Below, piece after piece: positions 1 to 13,667 of a DNA stretch of 64,000 nucleotides. The notes under the pieces are model-generated. The model made no database searches. It was not told where the DNA came from and was given only the letters and a program-made list of their open reading frames with translations. Source of the stretch: Octopus vulgaris (Eukaryota); contig OX597841.1 in the NCBI GenBank assembly GCA_951406725.2, positions 12,586,001 through 12,650,000 on the forward strand. Direction: 5' to 3'. Both the position numbers and the translations under genes were made by a program. The first letter of the stretch is position 1. The number at the start of each line of letters is the position of its first letter.

Positions 1-600
1 GTGCTTGAAAATGACCACATCTCACTCCTCTGGAACTTCACCATTCAAACTGACAGAAAGATAGATGCAAATAGGCCAGACATCATATTGAAAGACTTCA
101 GACAAAGAACATGCCTCCTCATTGATATGACTGTCCCAATCGATATAAACGTATCTGTCAAGACCTACCAAAAAACTGAGCAAATATAAAGATCTTGAAA
201 TAGAAATCAGCAAAATGTGGAACCTGAAGACTAAAACAATACCTGTTGTCATAGGTGCCCTGGGAATGATAGCGAAAGGGGCTGATTGCTACCTAACTCA
301 GATACCAGGAAACCCCAAAATGGCAGAAATTCAAAAGATAGTGCTCATGGGAACTGCTCATATCCTACGCAAAATACTTTCTATGTAATCTCAAGGTTTA
401 AAACAAACTTTTAAAAAACATTTTTAAAAAAATTTTATTTATTAGACATTCACTAGTTCAACACAAAAAAAACGCAAATATATGGTACACTAGGCATAAC
501 AACAATGTGAACTTCCAACCTATTGTCTCTTGAGGTCTCTGGGTGAGACTTGGAGCCAACTTGTACAGACATAAAGCAAAAGTCAAACATAGAATAATAA
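1..600 (+). mobile_element. R4/Dong-type non-LTR retrotransposon 3' end (restriction-like endonuclease, frameshifted) with 3' UTR
   Basis: LLWNFTIQTDRKIDANRPDIIL...LIDMTVP...KYKDLEIE...GTAHILRKILSM* (stop 386-388); the UTR runs into (TAA)n. Confidence 0.88.
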
Positions 601-606
601 TAATGA

Positions 607-640
<34 letters not shown>

Positions 641-672
641 GGTGGTTATGATGATGATGATTGATAATAATG

Positions 673-751
<79 letters not shown>

Positions 752-859
752 GTTGCAGTATATAAAAGTAAAAATATATAATGAATGAAATAAAATAAAA
801 GTGAAATAAAATTTATGCTATTTAAATACACATATCCATGTGTACTTTCATACAAAAGA

Positions 860-900
<41 letters not shown>

Positions 901-969
901 TCTCTTTACACCTTATAGAATCTTTGTTAATAAAGTTAAAAGGCTCTGGGAATGAGTTCAATTAAATGC

Positions 970-1000
<31 letters not shown>

Positions 1001-1144
1001 TGTATGTATGTATGTATGTATGTGTGTGTGCCTGTATATTTATTTAGCTCATATATATTTATTTATATATTGTATAGATATATATATATGTATATCTATC
1101 TATCTATCTATATATATGTATATATATTTAAGTAGCTACATACA

Positions 1145-1210
<66 letters not shown>

Positions 1211-1260
1211 TATATGCATGCATACATTCATACTGACATGCAGATATGCATAAACATAAG

Positions 1261-1294
<34 letters not shown>

Positions 1295-1989
1295 TTCACG
1301 TGCTAAAACGTGTGTGAGAATGCCATCTCAGTTCGATCTTGTTGTTTGAGTTTTTGAAAAGATGTCTAATTCCCATGTTTGATAATTGGTCAAAACATTG
1401 TTTGGAGGTGGAAGAGGTAATGTGCACAGTTGCTTTTGTCTTCATGGTCCGGGTTGCAGGACAACAAAACACGCATGTATGTATGTATGTATGTATGTAT
1501 GTATGTATGTATGTATGTATGCATGCATGCATGCATGCATGTATCTATGTACGTATGTATGTATGTACGTACATAAGTATATATATGTGTACGTATAAAA
1601 ATGTCTCATGATGAATTGACGTAGAAATCCAGACGGACAAAGCGTCCTCAATCTTTAAGTTTAAAAAGTCTCCCATTATGAAGTCAGAGTTAAAGTTGTT
1701 TGTTTTCTTATCACACCCTCTCGTTCATTGAGTCCCACACGTAAATCTATTGTTTCTCACGGCACACCTGAGTTTTTGGTTTTGCATTCCCATCCAGTGT
1801 TCACCTGAGGTTAAAAATTATTTGTTTTTAAAGTCTTTGTGCGCCTTTTTGGGAAAATATGTTTATATTTGTGTAAAAAATTCTAAATTTAACTCGCTTT
1901 TTACATATTTGATCCTATACTGAAACACATACACACACATGCAGACACACACACGCATATACACATACATACACACACACGCAGACACA

Positions 1990-2600
1990 TGTAACTGCAG
2001 AATATGTGGAAATGGACAAGAAACAATAAATCTTATTATCTCTGGCTGCCCAGTCCTGGCTAAGAAGGAATATATTCACAGACACGACAGAGTTGGGACC
2101 TACTTACACTGGAAGCTATGCCAACACTATGGAATAACAACAGGAAAAAGATGGTATAGGCACACACCAGAAAAGGTCACAGAAAACGAGAAAGCAACCA
2201 TACTCTGGGATATGTCGATACACACAGATAGAGAAATTAAAGCCAAGAGACCAGATATAGTTGTCAGAGATCATGAAGAAAAAAAATGCTTTCTAATTGA
2301 TGTATCAATACCGGCAGATGACAATGTTTCTCTAAAAGAAATGGAGAAACTTTCAAAATACAAAGACCTGGAAATAGAGGTAACTCGAATGCGGAATCTA
2401 AAAACAGAAACAATCCCTATCATAGTAGGTGCATTAGGCATGATAAAAAAATATTCAGACAAATACATAATAAAAATACCAAGACTTACAAGTATATATA
2501 ACATACAGAAAATTGCACTACTAGGCACTGCACACATCCTATGCAAAACATTTTCAATACAGTGAAAATAAGAGCACCACAACAAAACACAGCATCAGAC
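1990..2600 (+). mobile_element. R4/Dong-type LINE fragment: zinc knuckle plus REL endonuclease
   Basis: ORF 1939..2565: CRICG...GCP...RHD...RPDIVV...LIDVSIP...EKLSKYKDL. Confidence 0.9.
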
Positions 2601-2779
2601 AAACAAATAATCTTATGAAGACTTCTAGAAGGATTGTGGTGGAAACGATGGGATTGAGGACTACTGCGAATAGAACAGCGATGGATAGAAGAGGAAATAA
2701 GCAACCGTAGTGGAAAATGAGAATTTCGGAAGATATAAACTCCTTGAACAATGTAGGGTGAATACTTCTGAGGAAAAGA

Positions 2780-3422
2780 AATGGAGAATTTAAGAATGAA
2801 TGGAAATTCGAAAAAGTTGGGAAGAAGTAAGGTGTAGATAGAAAAGGCTTCAATGTTGTAATTGAAGAACTGAAGCAGCAGCGAATACGGGCAAAAATAG
2901 CAAAGCTAACTCGGTTTGAACAACGAATTAAGCAATACCATCAAAACAAATTGTTTAGAGCCGACCAAAGAAAGATTTTAGAAAGATACTAATAATAATA
3001 ATAAAGATACTGATAAAAAAAGCGTGAAAGATTGGTCCCTGATGCTGGTGAAAATCGACTTTTGCGGGGTAAGATATGGAGTAAGCAAGAACAACATAAT
3101 ACAACAGCTGAATAAATGCAGCTTGAAGCAAAGAGCTTCTTATCCCCAGCAAGAGGCTAATCCACTTCACAGAAGACAGTGTCAGAAATACGAGTAGAAA
3201 GATAAGCAATTTGGAAAGCAGCAGGACCTGGTGGTGTTCAGGGATTTTGGACAAGAAAAAAAAGGCTCAGTAGTTACTATAAATTGATCGCAGAACAATT
3301 GAATGCATTGATCAATGGAGAAGAGGAAACCCCGAGCTGGATGAGAAAAGGACGAACGGTTTTGTGCCTGAAAGATACATCAAAGGGAAATGTTGCTGAC
3401 AATTACAGACCAATATCCTGTG
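2780..3422 (+). mobile_element. Decayed R4/Dong-type LINE fragment, region leading into reverse transcriptase
   Basis: Broken frames give [13 protein letters not shown] and [30 protein letters not shown]. Confidence 0.78.
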
Positions 3423-3459
3423 GAAATTACTGTCCTTAGTGGTTTAACGGGCACAAAAT

Positions 3460-3840
3460 GGAGCTCGCATGTCCGAGACCATCATTTATGAAGCTACTGT
3501 GGACTCTATATCCACTAAGGATACGGTTCCGACGAAGAAATACGTGGGCCTTGCAGAGGGTAATTTCAAGGCCAGATTCAATGATCACACCTTGAGCTTT
3601 CCATCACTGGGATTAAAAGAAAGCAACCAAATTATCCAGTTATATATGGTCCTTAAAAGATAGAGGTGTCAGTTACAACATCCATTGGATGATCTGAGCC
3701 AAGGGCAGTGGAAAGTGCGGTCTTTGTGATATGAAAAGATAGCTCATCTGGAAAAGCAGCTTAGACCCCTAAATTCAAGAACTGAACTTTTCGGATCATG
3801 TCCACACGTGGCTAAATATTTGTTACGTTTTAGGTCCTCC
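3460..3840 (+). mobile_element. Penelope-like element remnant, GIY-YIG endonuclease
   Basis: IIYEATV...KKYVGLAEGNFKARFNDH, then in shifted frames TKLSSYIWSLKD, CGLC and NSRTELFGSCPH. Confidence 0.75.
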
Positions 3841-4595
3841 GGAGATTACAGATAGGACTTGCTTTCTGTATTGTGTTCACATACAAGCTTTTATCTCTCT
3901 ATACTTTTTACTTATATTTCTTATATATTTTTCATATATTATTTTACATATTTATAGATATTTTTTTATAGTTTTATTGCTCATATATTTTTTACAAATA
4001 TTTTTTCTGTATTCAACCTTCCACCCCACATTTGTTCTGTGCGTATATAGATGTGTATATGGCATTTTTTTGTGCGCGCGTGTGGATGTGTGCGTGTGTA
4101 CGAGTATGTGCGTATATAAACGAGTGTGTGTGCGCGTGCATGCGAATATGTGCGTATATAAACGAGTGTGTGTGCGCGTGCATGCGAATATGTGCGTATA
4201 TAGACGTGGTTTACTCTTTTTGCACTTTTTTATAGACATTTTCCTGTATTTTGCCTTTTGCCCTCTTTTTCCTTATGTCTCTGCGTATTTAGATGTGTGT
4301 ATGAACATTTTTTGTGCGCGTGTGTGAGTGTGTACGAGCGTGTATGCGGGTATGTATATATTTTTGTATATATAATTGATTAATAACGGATTATTACTGT
4401 TTTAAAATACTCACGGACAGAAATATAAATTGATATTCCTAAATATACACACACTTATTTAATAACCGTTATATTAGTTTTTATTTTTAATTTCATTTTA
4501 TTTCTTTATTTAAATTTTTTTTAATTAAATTGTTGACGATCTCATTTACAAACATTAACATATATCAATTCAGTCTATTTTAATCTGTGGTTTTA

Positions 4596-4691
4596 CCCTG
4601 ATGAGACTCTTACCCAAAATATTTCCATAAGTTTTATAATATGAAGTTATATAAATTTGTTGTTGGCTTTAGGGGTTGAACAATTGTAGGG
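4596..4691 (+). ncRNA. Degenerate type-I hammerhead ribozyme motif downstream of the PLE fragment
   Basis: CTGATGA, stem II GACTCTTA/TAGGGGTT, GAA (one A missing), palindromic CAATTG, TA, GG. Confidence 0.55.
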
Positions 4692-4717
4692 ATTATATTT
4701 ATAATTATATTATAATA

Positions 4718-5133
4718 GGCGCAGGAGTGGCTGTGTGGTAAGTAGCTTGCTAAACAACCACATGGTTCCGGGTTCAGTCCCACTGCGTGGCATCTTGGGC
4801 AAGTGCCTTCTGCTATAGCCCCGTGCCGACCAATACCTTGTGTGTGGATTTGGTAGACGGAAACTGAAAGAAGCCTGTCGTATATATGTACATATATATA
4901 TGTATGTGTGTGTGTTTGTGTGTCTGTGTTTGTCCCCCTAGCATTGCTTGACAACTGATGCTGGTGTGTTTACGTCCCCGTCACTTAGCGGTTCGGCAAA
5001 AAAGACCGATAGAATAAGTACTGGGCTTACAAAAAGAATAAGTCCCGGGGTCGATTTGCTCGACTAAAGGCGGTGCTCCAGCATGGCCGCAGTCAAATGA
5101 CTGAAACAAGTAAAAGAGTAAAAGAGTAAAAGA
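4718..5133 (+). mobile_element. tRNA-derived SINE family A, full length
   Basis: A box TGGCTGTGTGG, B box GGTTCAGTCCC, internal (TA)/(TG) tract, (GTAAAAGA)n tail; many copies in the window. Confidence 0.88.
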
Positions 5134-5276
5134 ATAACAATATAATATTATGTTAATAAATTAAACTATGTCAATACATTTTCCTTTTGTTATCGTACAT
5201 ATATATCTATATATATATGTATATATATACATATGTGTGTGTGTATGTCTATATATATACCCATACAGATGTATGC

Positions 5277-5315
<39 letters not shown>

Positions 5316-5504
5316 TAGATAGATAGAGAGAGAGGGAGAGAGAGAGGTACACACACACGCGCATACACATGTATGCATAAATATCTTTGTGCGTAAGCAT
5401 AGTTCTATAGGTGAAAATCCTTCTGCCCAACCAGACTGATCAAAGCGTTGTGAATTGATTTGGGACACGAAACCTGAAAGACGCCCATCGTGTATATATA
5501 TGTG

Positions 5505-5562
<58 letters not shown>

Positions 5563-5747
5563 TATAGTCATGTATATTTCGTGTCTGTGTGTTTGCGTTT
5601 GTCTCTTGCCTCAGCCTGGAACTGGTGATTGTTGGTTTGTTTATGGCCTTGTCATTTGGCAGCTCAAGGAGAGAGTGTTATAATTAGTACTACGTTTAAA
5701 CAAAAACATTTACTGAGGTTAAAAGATTAAAGATGCCATATAACACA

Positions 5748-6095
5748 TGGTGTTGGTGGTGGTGGTAGTGGTGGTGGTGGTGGTGTTGGTGGTAGTGGTG
5801 GTAGTGGTGGTGGTGGTGGTGGTGGTGGTGGTGGTGGTGGTGGTGGTGGTGGTGGTGGTGGTGGTGGTAGTGGTGGTGGTGGTGGTGGTGTGGTGGTAGT
5901 GGTGGTGGTGGTAGTGGTGGTGGTGGTAGTGGTGGTGGTGGTAGTGGTGGTGGTGGTGGTGGTAGTGGTGGTGGTGGTGGTGGTGGTGGTGGTGGTGGTG
6001 GTAGTGGTGGTGGTAGTGGTGGTTTTGGTGGTAGTGGTGGTAGTGGTGGTGGTTGTAGTGGTAGTGGTGGTGGTGGTGGTGGTGGTGGTGGTGGG
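5748..6095. repeat. (GGT/AGT)n trinucleotide microsatellite
   Basis: Direct reading; source of the poly-P/H/T/V ORFs. Confidence 0.97.
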
Positions 6096-6504
6096 GTAAG
6101 TGAAGGGCACAAAAAGAGACAAAATAAAAGTCACAATGCAAAGAGGCCCCATGGAAGATGGAGCGAAACCCCTCTGTTTACAACAGACAATGCTGAACCT
6201 CCCGGATCCAGTAACTGAATGAGAAAGGGACAGAGAATGTGATATGAGACGAATGGAGGAGGATTAGGATATAGTCTTACCTACCAAAGAACAATGAAGG
6301 CAAATGACTCAGTGTGGTTAGAGCGTCAGGCTCACAATCATGAGGTAGTGAGTTCGATTCTCGGACCCCACAGTGTGATGCGCTCTTTCTGACAAAACCT
6401 CGTCTCTTTTGACTGCAAGAAACCTAAACGCTGCCCTTTTTTTATGAAACCATCACCACACACACGGTATTTGTTGGAAACCACATCCTGTGACAATCGA
6501 GATT

Positions 6505-6708
6505 CACGCCGGACGAAATGCTTAGCGACATTTCGGCTGCCATTCCGTTCTGAGTTCAAATTCCACCGAGGTCGATTTTTGTCATTCATCCTTTCGGTGT
6601 TGATTAAATAAATACGAGTTACGCACTAGGGTCAATGTAATTGACTTAATCCCTTTGTTTGTCCCTTCTATGTTTAGACCCCCCCCCCCGTGGGCAATAA
6701 AGAAATAA
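6505..6708 (+). mobile_element. SINE family B, 5'-truncated
   Basis: Matches 46356-46586 (GAGTTCAAATTCC...CATCCTTTCGG...AATAAAGAAATA). Confidence 0.8.
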
Positions 6709-6799
6709 ATGTTCAAAGGGAAGCAAATGTTATTAAATTAGAACGAATTCTGCAGGGAGATAATTCAGTGCATTGTATACGTTAGCGATGTAAGAGAAA

Positions 6800-7152
6800 A
6801 CCAGTTACTCCCCTTGCTTTTAAGGACATAAAATTGTGTTACTTCCCTTTTCGAGATATTATACAAAGCCTGTTACTTCCCTTTGTGTTGAGGCGATGAA
6901 ATGAGTTACTTCCCTTCCAAGGCATTATACAAATGAGTTACTTCCCTTCATATTGAGGAGTTAAAATGAGTTACTTCCCTTTCAAGAATCTATGCTTGGC
7001 AATTTACTTCCGTTTGTCACGAGGACATAAAATGAACTTATACAAAAGCAATCACTTCCCTTTGTATTCAGGACATGAACTGAATCAGTTCCCTTTCGAG
7101 ACGTTATACAAAAGCAGTTACTTGCCCTTGAATAGAGTTACTTCCCTTCCGT
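6800..7152 (+). repeat. Degenerate minisatellite built on AGTTACTTCCCTT
   Basis: About 11 copies of the motif, mostly 30-37 nt apart, with semi-variable linkers. Confidence 0.8.
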
Positions 7153-7309
7153 ATCCACTTCCAGTTTTAATACAAACTGTCAAAGGATCGTTGGCAGAGA
7201 GACAGTGCAGACCCCTGGCGTTCCCCACTGACCCCATCCCAGCTGACCCCATTTGGATCAGAGACGGGAATCCACAAGTGATCCAGTGTGGCTTTTCCAA
7301 CACATCTCC

Positions 7310-7775
7310 TAATAAGAAGATTGCTTCCGAACCACATGGTTCCGGGTTCAGTCCCACTGCAGGTCATACTGGGCAACTGTCTTCTACTATAGCCCTCGGT
7401 CGACCAAAGCCATGTCAGTGCATTTGGTTGACAGAACCTGAAGGAAGTCTGTCGTGTATGTATATATATATATATGTATGTATGTATGTATGTGTGTATG
7501 TCTGTGTGTATGTATGTATGTATGTGTGTGTATGTGTGTATGTATGTATGTATGTATTTGCGTGTGCATATGTGTGTGTCTGCCATTGCTTGACAACCGA
7601 TGTTAGTGTATTTATGTCCACTAACTTAGCGATTTTGCAAAGAGAGAGATAGAATAAGTATTGAGATTGCATTGCAAAGACTGAGTCCTGGGGTCGATTT
7701 ATTCGGCCACCAACCTTTAAGACGGTGTTCCAGCATGGCCGCAGTCAAACGACTAAAACAAGTAAAACAAAAGAA
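7310..7775 (+). mobile_element. SINE family A, 5'-truncated with expanded internal microsatellite
   Basis: Homologous to 4718-5133. Confidence 0.85.
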
Positions 7776-8087
7776 AAAATTTGAAATAAAAACAATTTAA
7801 ATCTGTTTCTTCCCTTACAATATTTCGAAAGTTACTTCCCCTTCACCGTTGTCTTCTCCAATCGTCTTCCGAACGCATTCACTTCAGTTGCCTCCATTGA
7901 AAAGCAAAAATCAAATTAATTTACAATCCGTTTCTTCTAATGAGTTCCTCTTTCGTCTTTTTTTCCAATCAATCCCCATAATTCTCTGTTGAGGTTCAAC
8001 GTGAAATCTTTCTCTCGCTTTTCCCTCTTTCTCTCTCTCACACACTCACACAGATATATATATATACATATATATATACACATATAT

Positions 8088-8235
8088 ACGACAGGCTTCT
8101 TTCAGTTTCCGTCTACCAAATCCACTCACAAGGCATTGGTCGGCCCGAGGCTATAGCAGAAGACACTTGCCCAAGATGCCACGCAGTGGGACAGAACCCG
8201 GTTGGTAAGCAAGCTACTTACCACACTCCTGCGCC
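8088..8235 (-). mobile_element. SINE family A, 5' half
   Basis: Reverse complement of about 4718-4880. Confidence 0.85.
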
Positions 8236-8250
8236 TTATATATATATATT

Positions 8251-8285
<35 letters not shown>

Positions 8286-8573
8286 GATTGATTGATTGAT
8301 TGATTCTAGTTTCAGCTTATGAGCTGTGGCCATGCATATATATATATATATATTTCAATACATGTGTATATGTAGGGCTAAAAACCACTAGGTGGACAGC
8401 CATATGCTAGAAGAAGATCACTAACGATCTAACTACAAAGAATGTTCTCCAGAGAAAATTCAGCGAACACCAGAACATAGACGGGCAAGACAGATGAAAA
8501 TTAGATAAAAATCAAGAATTAATTGTATACCGGAATGCTTCTCCCTCGGATATATGTTTTTCTACAGACGATT

Positions 8574-8609
<36 letters not shown>

Positions 8610-8649
8610 TTTGATACTTTGATACTTTGATAGGTTTCGGCCATTATTG

Positions 8650-8892
8650 GTCCAGGCCATGTCTAACTTAATAGCACCACCTGGTGAAGTCTTTCAAGTC
8701 AGAATTTGGGCACTATGGCCCACTCAAGTAGAGAGTTATTGTTTACAGAGACATATCCGGGTGTAGGGGGTTTATCCGGGATTTCTTGAAGGAATCTGTC
8801 CAAAGACTTCTTGAACCCTATAGGGTCAGTTTCTGTTTTAAGACTTCTTGAACCCTATAGGGTCAGTTTCTGTTTTAGACTTCTTGAACCCT
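8650..8892 (-). mobile_element. CR1-group LINE 3' terminal fragment with internal ~38-nt tandem duplication
   Basis: Minus-strand ETDPIGFKKSLDRFLQEIPDKP...NNNSLLEW; AGACTTCTTGAACCCTATA occurs three times. Confidence 0.65.
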
Positions 8893-8924
<32 letters not shown>

Positions 8925-9543
8925 GTCCCTACTCCACCTTCCCTATCCTTCCCATTCCCCATATATATATATATACTTTTGCTCAATGCAATGGGCGGAG
9001 AATTGAGTAACCATTAACCAAATTAATAGCCATAATTTACTTTAAAGTGTGGATGAAATAAATTTAACTCCAGCTTCCCCATTGTTATAAACACACAGTA
9101 TGATATGTGATCGATATGTGAGCGTATGTGCGCCAAAGTACGATGTGTGTATGCTTGTAGTCTACGTGCGCCATGCAACCCGCGCGAGGGCGTTTATATA
9201 TCCATATCTGTAAACGATTATGCTTAACTCTTTTCTCGCTATCTTATGTATTCGTTACTTTTTGCATCTGTTATTTATTATTGATCCTATATTAAAATGA
9301 AGCTGTTATTCGAACGAGATACGTGTTGTAATCGCCTGATGAGACACATCCACACCGACGGATACTCCTAAATCAGTTGTTAAGTATCCCAACGTGAGAG
9401 ATCAATGCTAGATGTGTCGATACTATTGAAGTAATTAATAAAAATTCTCGTATCTTCCATCATCCGTTTCTGTCATTAATCGAATACATATGTACAGTAG
9501 AACCTCGGTTTTTGAACAACTCTGATCACGAATGAATCGTGTA

Positions 9544-9578
<35 letters not shown>

Positions 9579-9601
9579 TATACATACATGCATGTATGTA
9601 T

Positions 9602-9676
<75 letters not shown>

Positions 9677-9693
9677 CATATATATATATATAT

Positions 9694-9736
<43 letters not shown>

Positions 9737-10529
9737 TTTATAAAGCACTATTTATTTACTATCACATATATATAATTTTCGTGGTCATCTATAATATAAA
9801 TTGGACATGGGCAATCGTTGTATTCTTTCTTGTCTTGAGGTTCAAAGCCAAACACCTGGGTGGATTCGCATGAAAAATGGCACACATGTGGAGACAGGTG
9901 CATAGATTGGAATGCAGTTTGTATTTTTTTTCTAGCCCTCCAGCTGTATGAAAATTTCCTGACTCCACCCCGCTTGTCAGAAAACAGCTTTAGGAGTTGT
10001 GAAGAACAAATTTGTACGTAGTCTGTTTCTGAGAGTTATCCTATTGGACCTCTGTCTAATCATTAAAACATTGATTTAATTATGAACATAGAAAGAAATT
10101 ATACATTAATCCCTATTTTTGTAAGCAATTGTGTCCGTAAAAATGTTATTTGCAGAGAGCAGAAATTGAAAGAAGATATATGAAATGGACGTGTGTGCGT
10201 ATTTTTACGATAGTTGATTTATGGAAAAGATTATGTTAAATTTTTGAAATGCAAATATGTGAATGAAAATTAAGTTCAGACCTGTAAATGGTAGCTAGAT
10301 CTGGTAGAAATAGCAGCCAAACTCCCTCAAAACACCCTACTGTCTTAATCCGACAATTCTGCCTATTGTCTAGTTTGAATGAGAAACTGTAACTAAAGAT
10401 TAAGATTATTAATCTCACAAAGAGGTGAAAGAAGAGGGACAGCATAGCGAAAGTTTTGGCTGACTGTTATCCTGTACTCCCCTTGTTGCTAGCGAAATGG
10501 TATATGCCGGCTGTGTTTTAATGGCGGAA

Positions 10530-12130
10530 CGACACTGGAAAGGTCGTTTATGCAGATTATGAAGAGTAGCGGACCCAAGACAGTCCCCTGGGGGACACCG
10601 CTTGTGACTTTTGCTGGGCTTGAGTGGACTCCATCAACTACAACATGTGTTTTATTAGCCAGGAAATACTTGATCCAGTGTAGAACTTTTCCGCGGATTC
10701 CAACATTTGCCAATTTTGAGAGTAGGATGTTATGGTCTACCCTGTCGAACGCTTTACTGAAGTCAAGATATATGACATCAGAGTTCGAACCTGTTCCCAA
10801 GGCTTTGAGTACATCTTCAATGTGGTGTAAGAGCTGTGTTAGACAGTCCCTGCCACAGCGAAAGCCATGCTGATTTGCATTTAGGAGTTTGTGGGTCTCC
10901 AGGAAGTCAGCTATCCTTGATCTTAACACTTTCAAACACTTTGATGATGTGGGAGGTGAGTGAGATTGGGCGATAGTTGAGTGCGAGGGATCTGTTTCCC
11001 TGTTTGAAAACCGGGATGACTGACTGGGATAGAAACTGTTTCGGTATATAACCTGCGTCTAACAAATTTCTCCAGAAGTTGGTCAGAGGGACTGCAAGTT
11101 GGTGTCTACATTCCTTCAGGAGACTAGCGGGGAATCTATCAGGGCCTACATCAGAGTAGTATTTGATCTCATTTATTGCTGCTGTGATGTCAGTGGCAGT
11201 GAAGGTTATGTCTGAGATTTTATGTTGAGGGTCAACTTCGTTCACTTCTCTTACGTCAATATCAGTGGGAACACTAAAGACAGAGCAGTATTGTTTCTGC
11301 AGTATTTCTGCCATTTCTTTAGCATCGTGTTGGGGAATGCCGTTATCATCAATCAATGGCCCAATGGGTGAGACAGTGGTTCTATGCTTATTTGCATAAG
11401 AATAGAACACTTTTGGGTTCTGTTTGATGTTTTTGATTACCCACTGTTCCTCCACAGCTCTTTGATTTTCAATGGAGGTTTTCATGTCGTACTTTAGATG
11501 AAGTTTTTCCAGCTCTAGCCTTTTCATTGTTGTTAACTTTGGATGTTGTATGTGGGAATATTTTAATTGGTTTATTTTTTTGTTGAGTCTTTTGATGCGC
11601 CTGATGAGTGTTTTTTTCTCTTTAGGGAGCCGGTTTCTGTTTGTGTTAGTAGATTTCGTGGGAGCGTTTTTAGAGCATGTATAGGTGACAATGTTTTCAA
11701 AGTGCTGCAATGCGGTAACAATATGGGTGGAATTGAGAGTAAAAGACCAGTCGATGAAAGACATCCTTTCTGATTGCTCCCCAGTCCGCTTTGTGGAAGT
11801 TTATGTTGTCAAATGAGTGCCATGGAGTGGGATTGGCTGGTTTGGTTTTTATATGTCGGGAATTGAAATTGCAGAGTATCATGTCGTGGTCTGAGAGGAG
11901 AGTTTTTTCAACTGAAATACTGTGAACGAAGCTAGAGTGATTGGTCAATACCAGATCCAAGATCGTTTTATTCTGTCTCGTTGGTTCGAGCACTAGCTGA
12001 GTCAGGAAGTATTCATCCATTAGATTAAAGAGCAGTTCTGCTGCTGCTCTATCTGATGTAGAGCATTTGCCTAACTTCAGAGTATTTGTGGGCCAGTTCA
12101 CATGAGGGAGGTTAAAATCACCCATCACTA
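10530..12130 (-). mobile_element. CR1-clade LINE ORF2 fragment (APE end plus RT), frameshifted
   Basis: [68 protein letters not shown] across three minus ORFs. Confidence 0.93.
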
Positions 12131-12132
12131 GT

Positions 12133-12292
<160 letters not shown>

Positions 12293-12529
12293 TACGTTAT
12301 ATAATTAGGGTTCAGTAAAATAATTTACTTTACCACACACTGAACTTTTAGAAATAGCAGCCAAAAGATCTTAGCTATTTCTTCTACTGTCTTACAGTAG
12401 AAGAAATAGCTAAGATATATAACGTAATGTTTTAAATATACCGTAAATGGTCTTTTTACATACTGAACACTACTTGGTAAAATTAATTAATAATTAATTA
12501 ATTTTACCCTTTTATTCTTGATAATATAT

Positions 12530-12587
<58 letters not shown>

Positions 12588-12628
12588 ATATATGTATAAA
12601 TATATATATTTATATGTATGTATATATG

Positions 12629-12666
<38 letters not shown>

Positions 12667-12669
12667 TAT

Positions 12670-12898
12670 ATTTCTTTACTACCCACAAGGGGCTAAACAC
12701 AGAGAGGACAAACAAGGACAGGCAAAGGGATTAAGTCGATTATATCGACCCCAGTGCGCAACTGGTACTTAATTTATCGACACCGAAAGGATGAAAGGCA
12801 AAGTCGACCTCGGCGGGATTTTAACTCAGAACGTAACGGCAGACGAAATACGGCCACGCATTTCGCCCGGCGTGCTAACGTTTCTGCCAGCTCGCCGC

Positions 12899-12899
<1 letters not shown>
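12670..12899 (-). mobile_element. SINE family B, full length
   Basis: Reverse complement of 46356-46586. Confidence 0.88.
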
Positions 12900-12969
<70 letters not shown>

Positions 12970-13079
12970 GTGTATATATATATATATATGAATATATATG
13001 TATATATATGTATATATATGTATATATAATATATATATGTATATATATATGTATATATGTATATATATGTATATATGTA

Positions 13080-13166
<87 letters not shown>

Positions 13167-13253
13167 GTGTATATATATATATATGTGTACATATATGTGT
13201 ATATGTATATATATGTGTGTATATATATATATATGTGTATATATATATATGTG

Positions 13254-13286
<33 letters not shown>

Positions 13287-13355
13287 GTATATGTATACAT
13301 ATATGTATATATATGTATATATGTATATATATATTTATATATATATATATATATA
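12900..13355. repeat. Compound (TA)/(TG)/(TATG) microsatellite
   Basis: Direct reading. Confidence 0.95.
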
Positions 13356-13510
13356 CGACGGGCTTCTTTCAGTTTCCATCTACCAAATCCACTCACAAGG
13401 CTTTGGTCGGCCCGAGTCTATAGTAGAAGACACTTGTCCACGGTGTGGGACTGAACCCGGAATCATGTGATTAGGAAGCAAACTTCTTACCACACAGACA
13501 CGACTACACC
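13356..13510 (-). mobile_element. SINE family A, 5' half
   Basis: Homology to 4718-4880. Confidence 0.8.
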
Positions 13511-13615
13511 TCTATACACACACAGACACAGAGGCATACATATATACGTAAATCTATATACATGCATATATAAATATATATATATATACATGTATATATA
13601 TATATTTATGTATGC

Positions 13616-13667
<52 letters not shown>

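Noticed and set aside
5696-6152. Pro/His/Thr-rich ORFs (extensin- or mucin-like); also poly-His 29939..30499 and poly-Met 40196..40603
   Set aside because: Trinucleotide microsatellites are open in several frames; there is no splice or domain support
6800-7152. CRISPR-like repeat-spacer pattern and the 228-aa ORF 6966..7652
   Set aside because: The repeat is only 13 nt and the linkers are related to each other; the ORF is read-through of minisatellite, SINE and microsatellite
9336-9430. Hammerhead with perfect 8-bp stem II as an active ribozyme
   Set aside because: The core reads GATAC instead of GAAAC and no stem I partner is evident; counted only as a decayed copy
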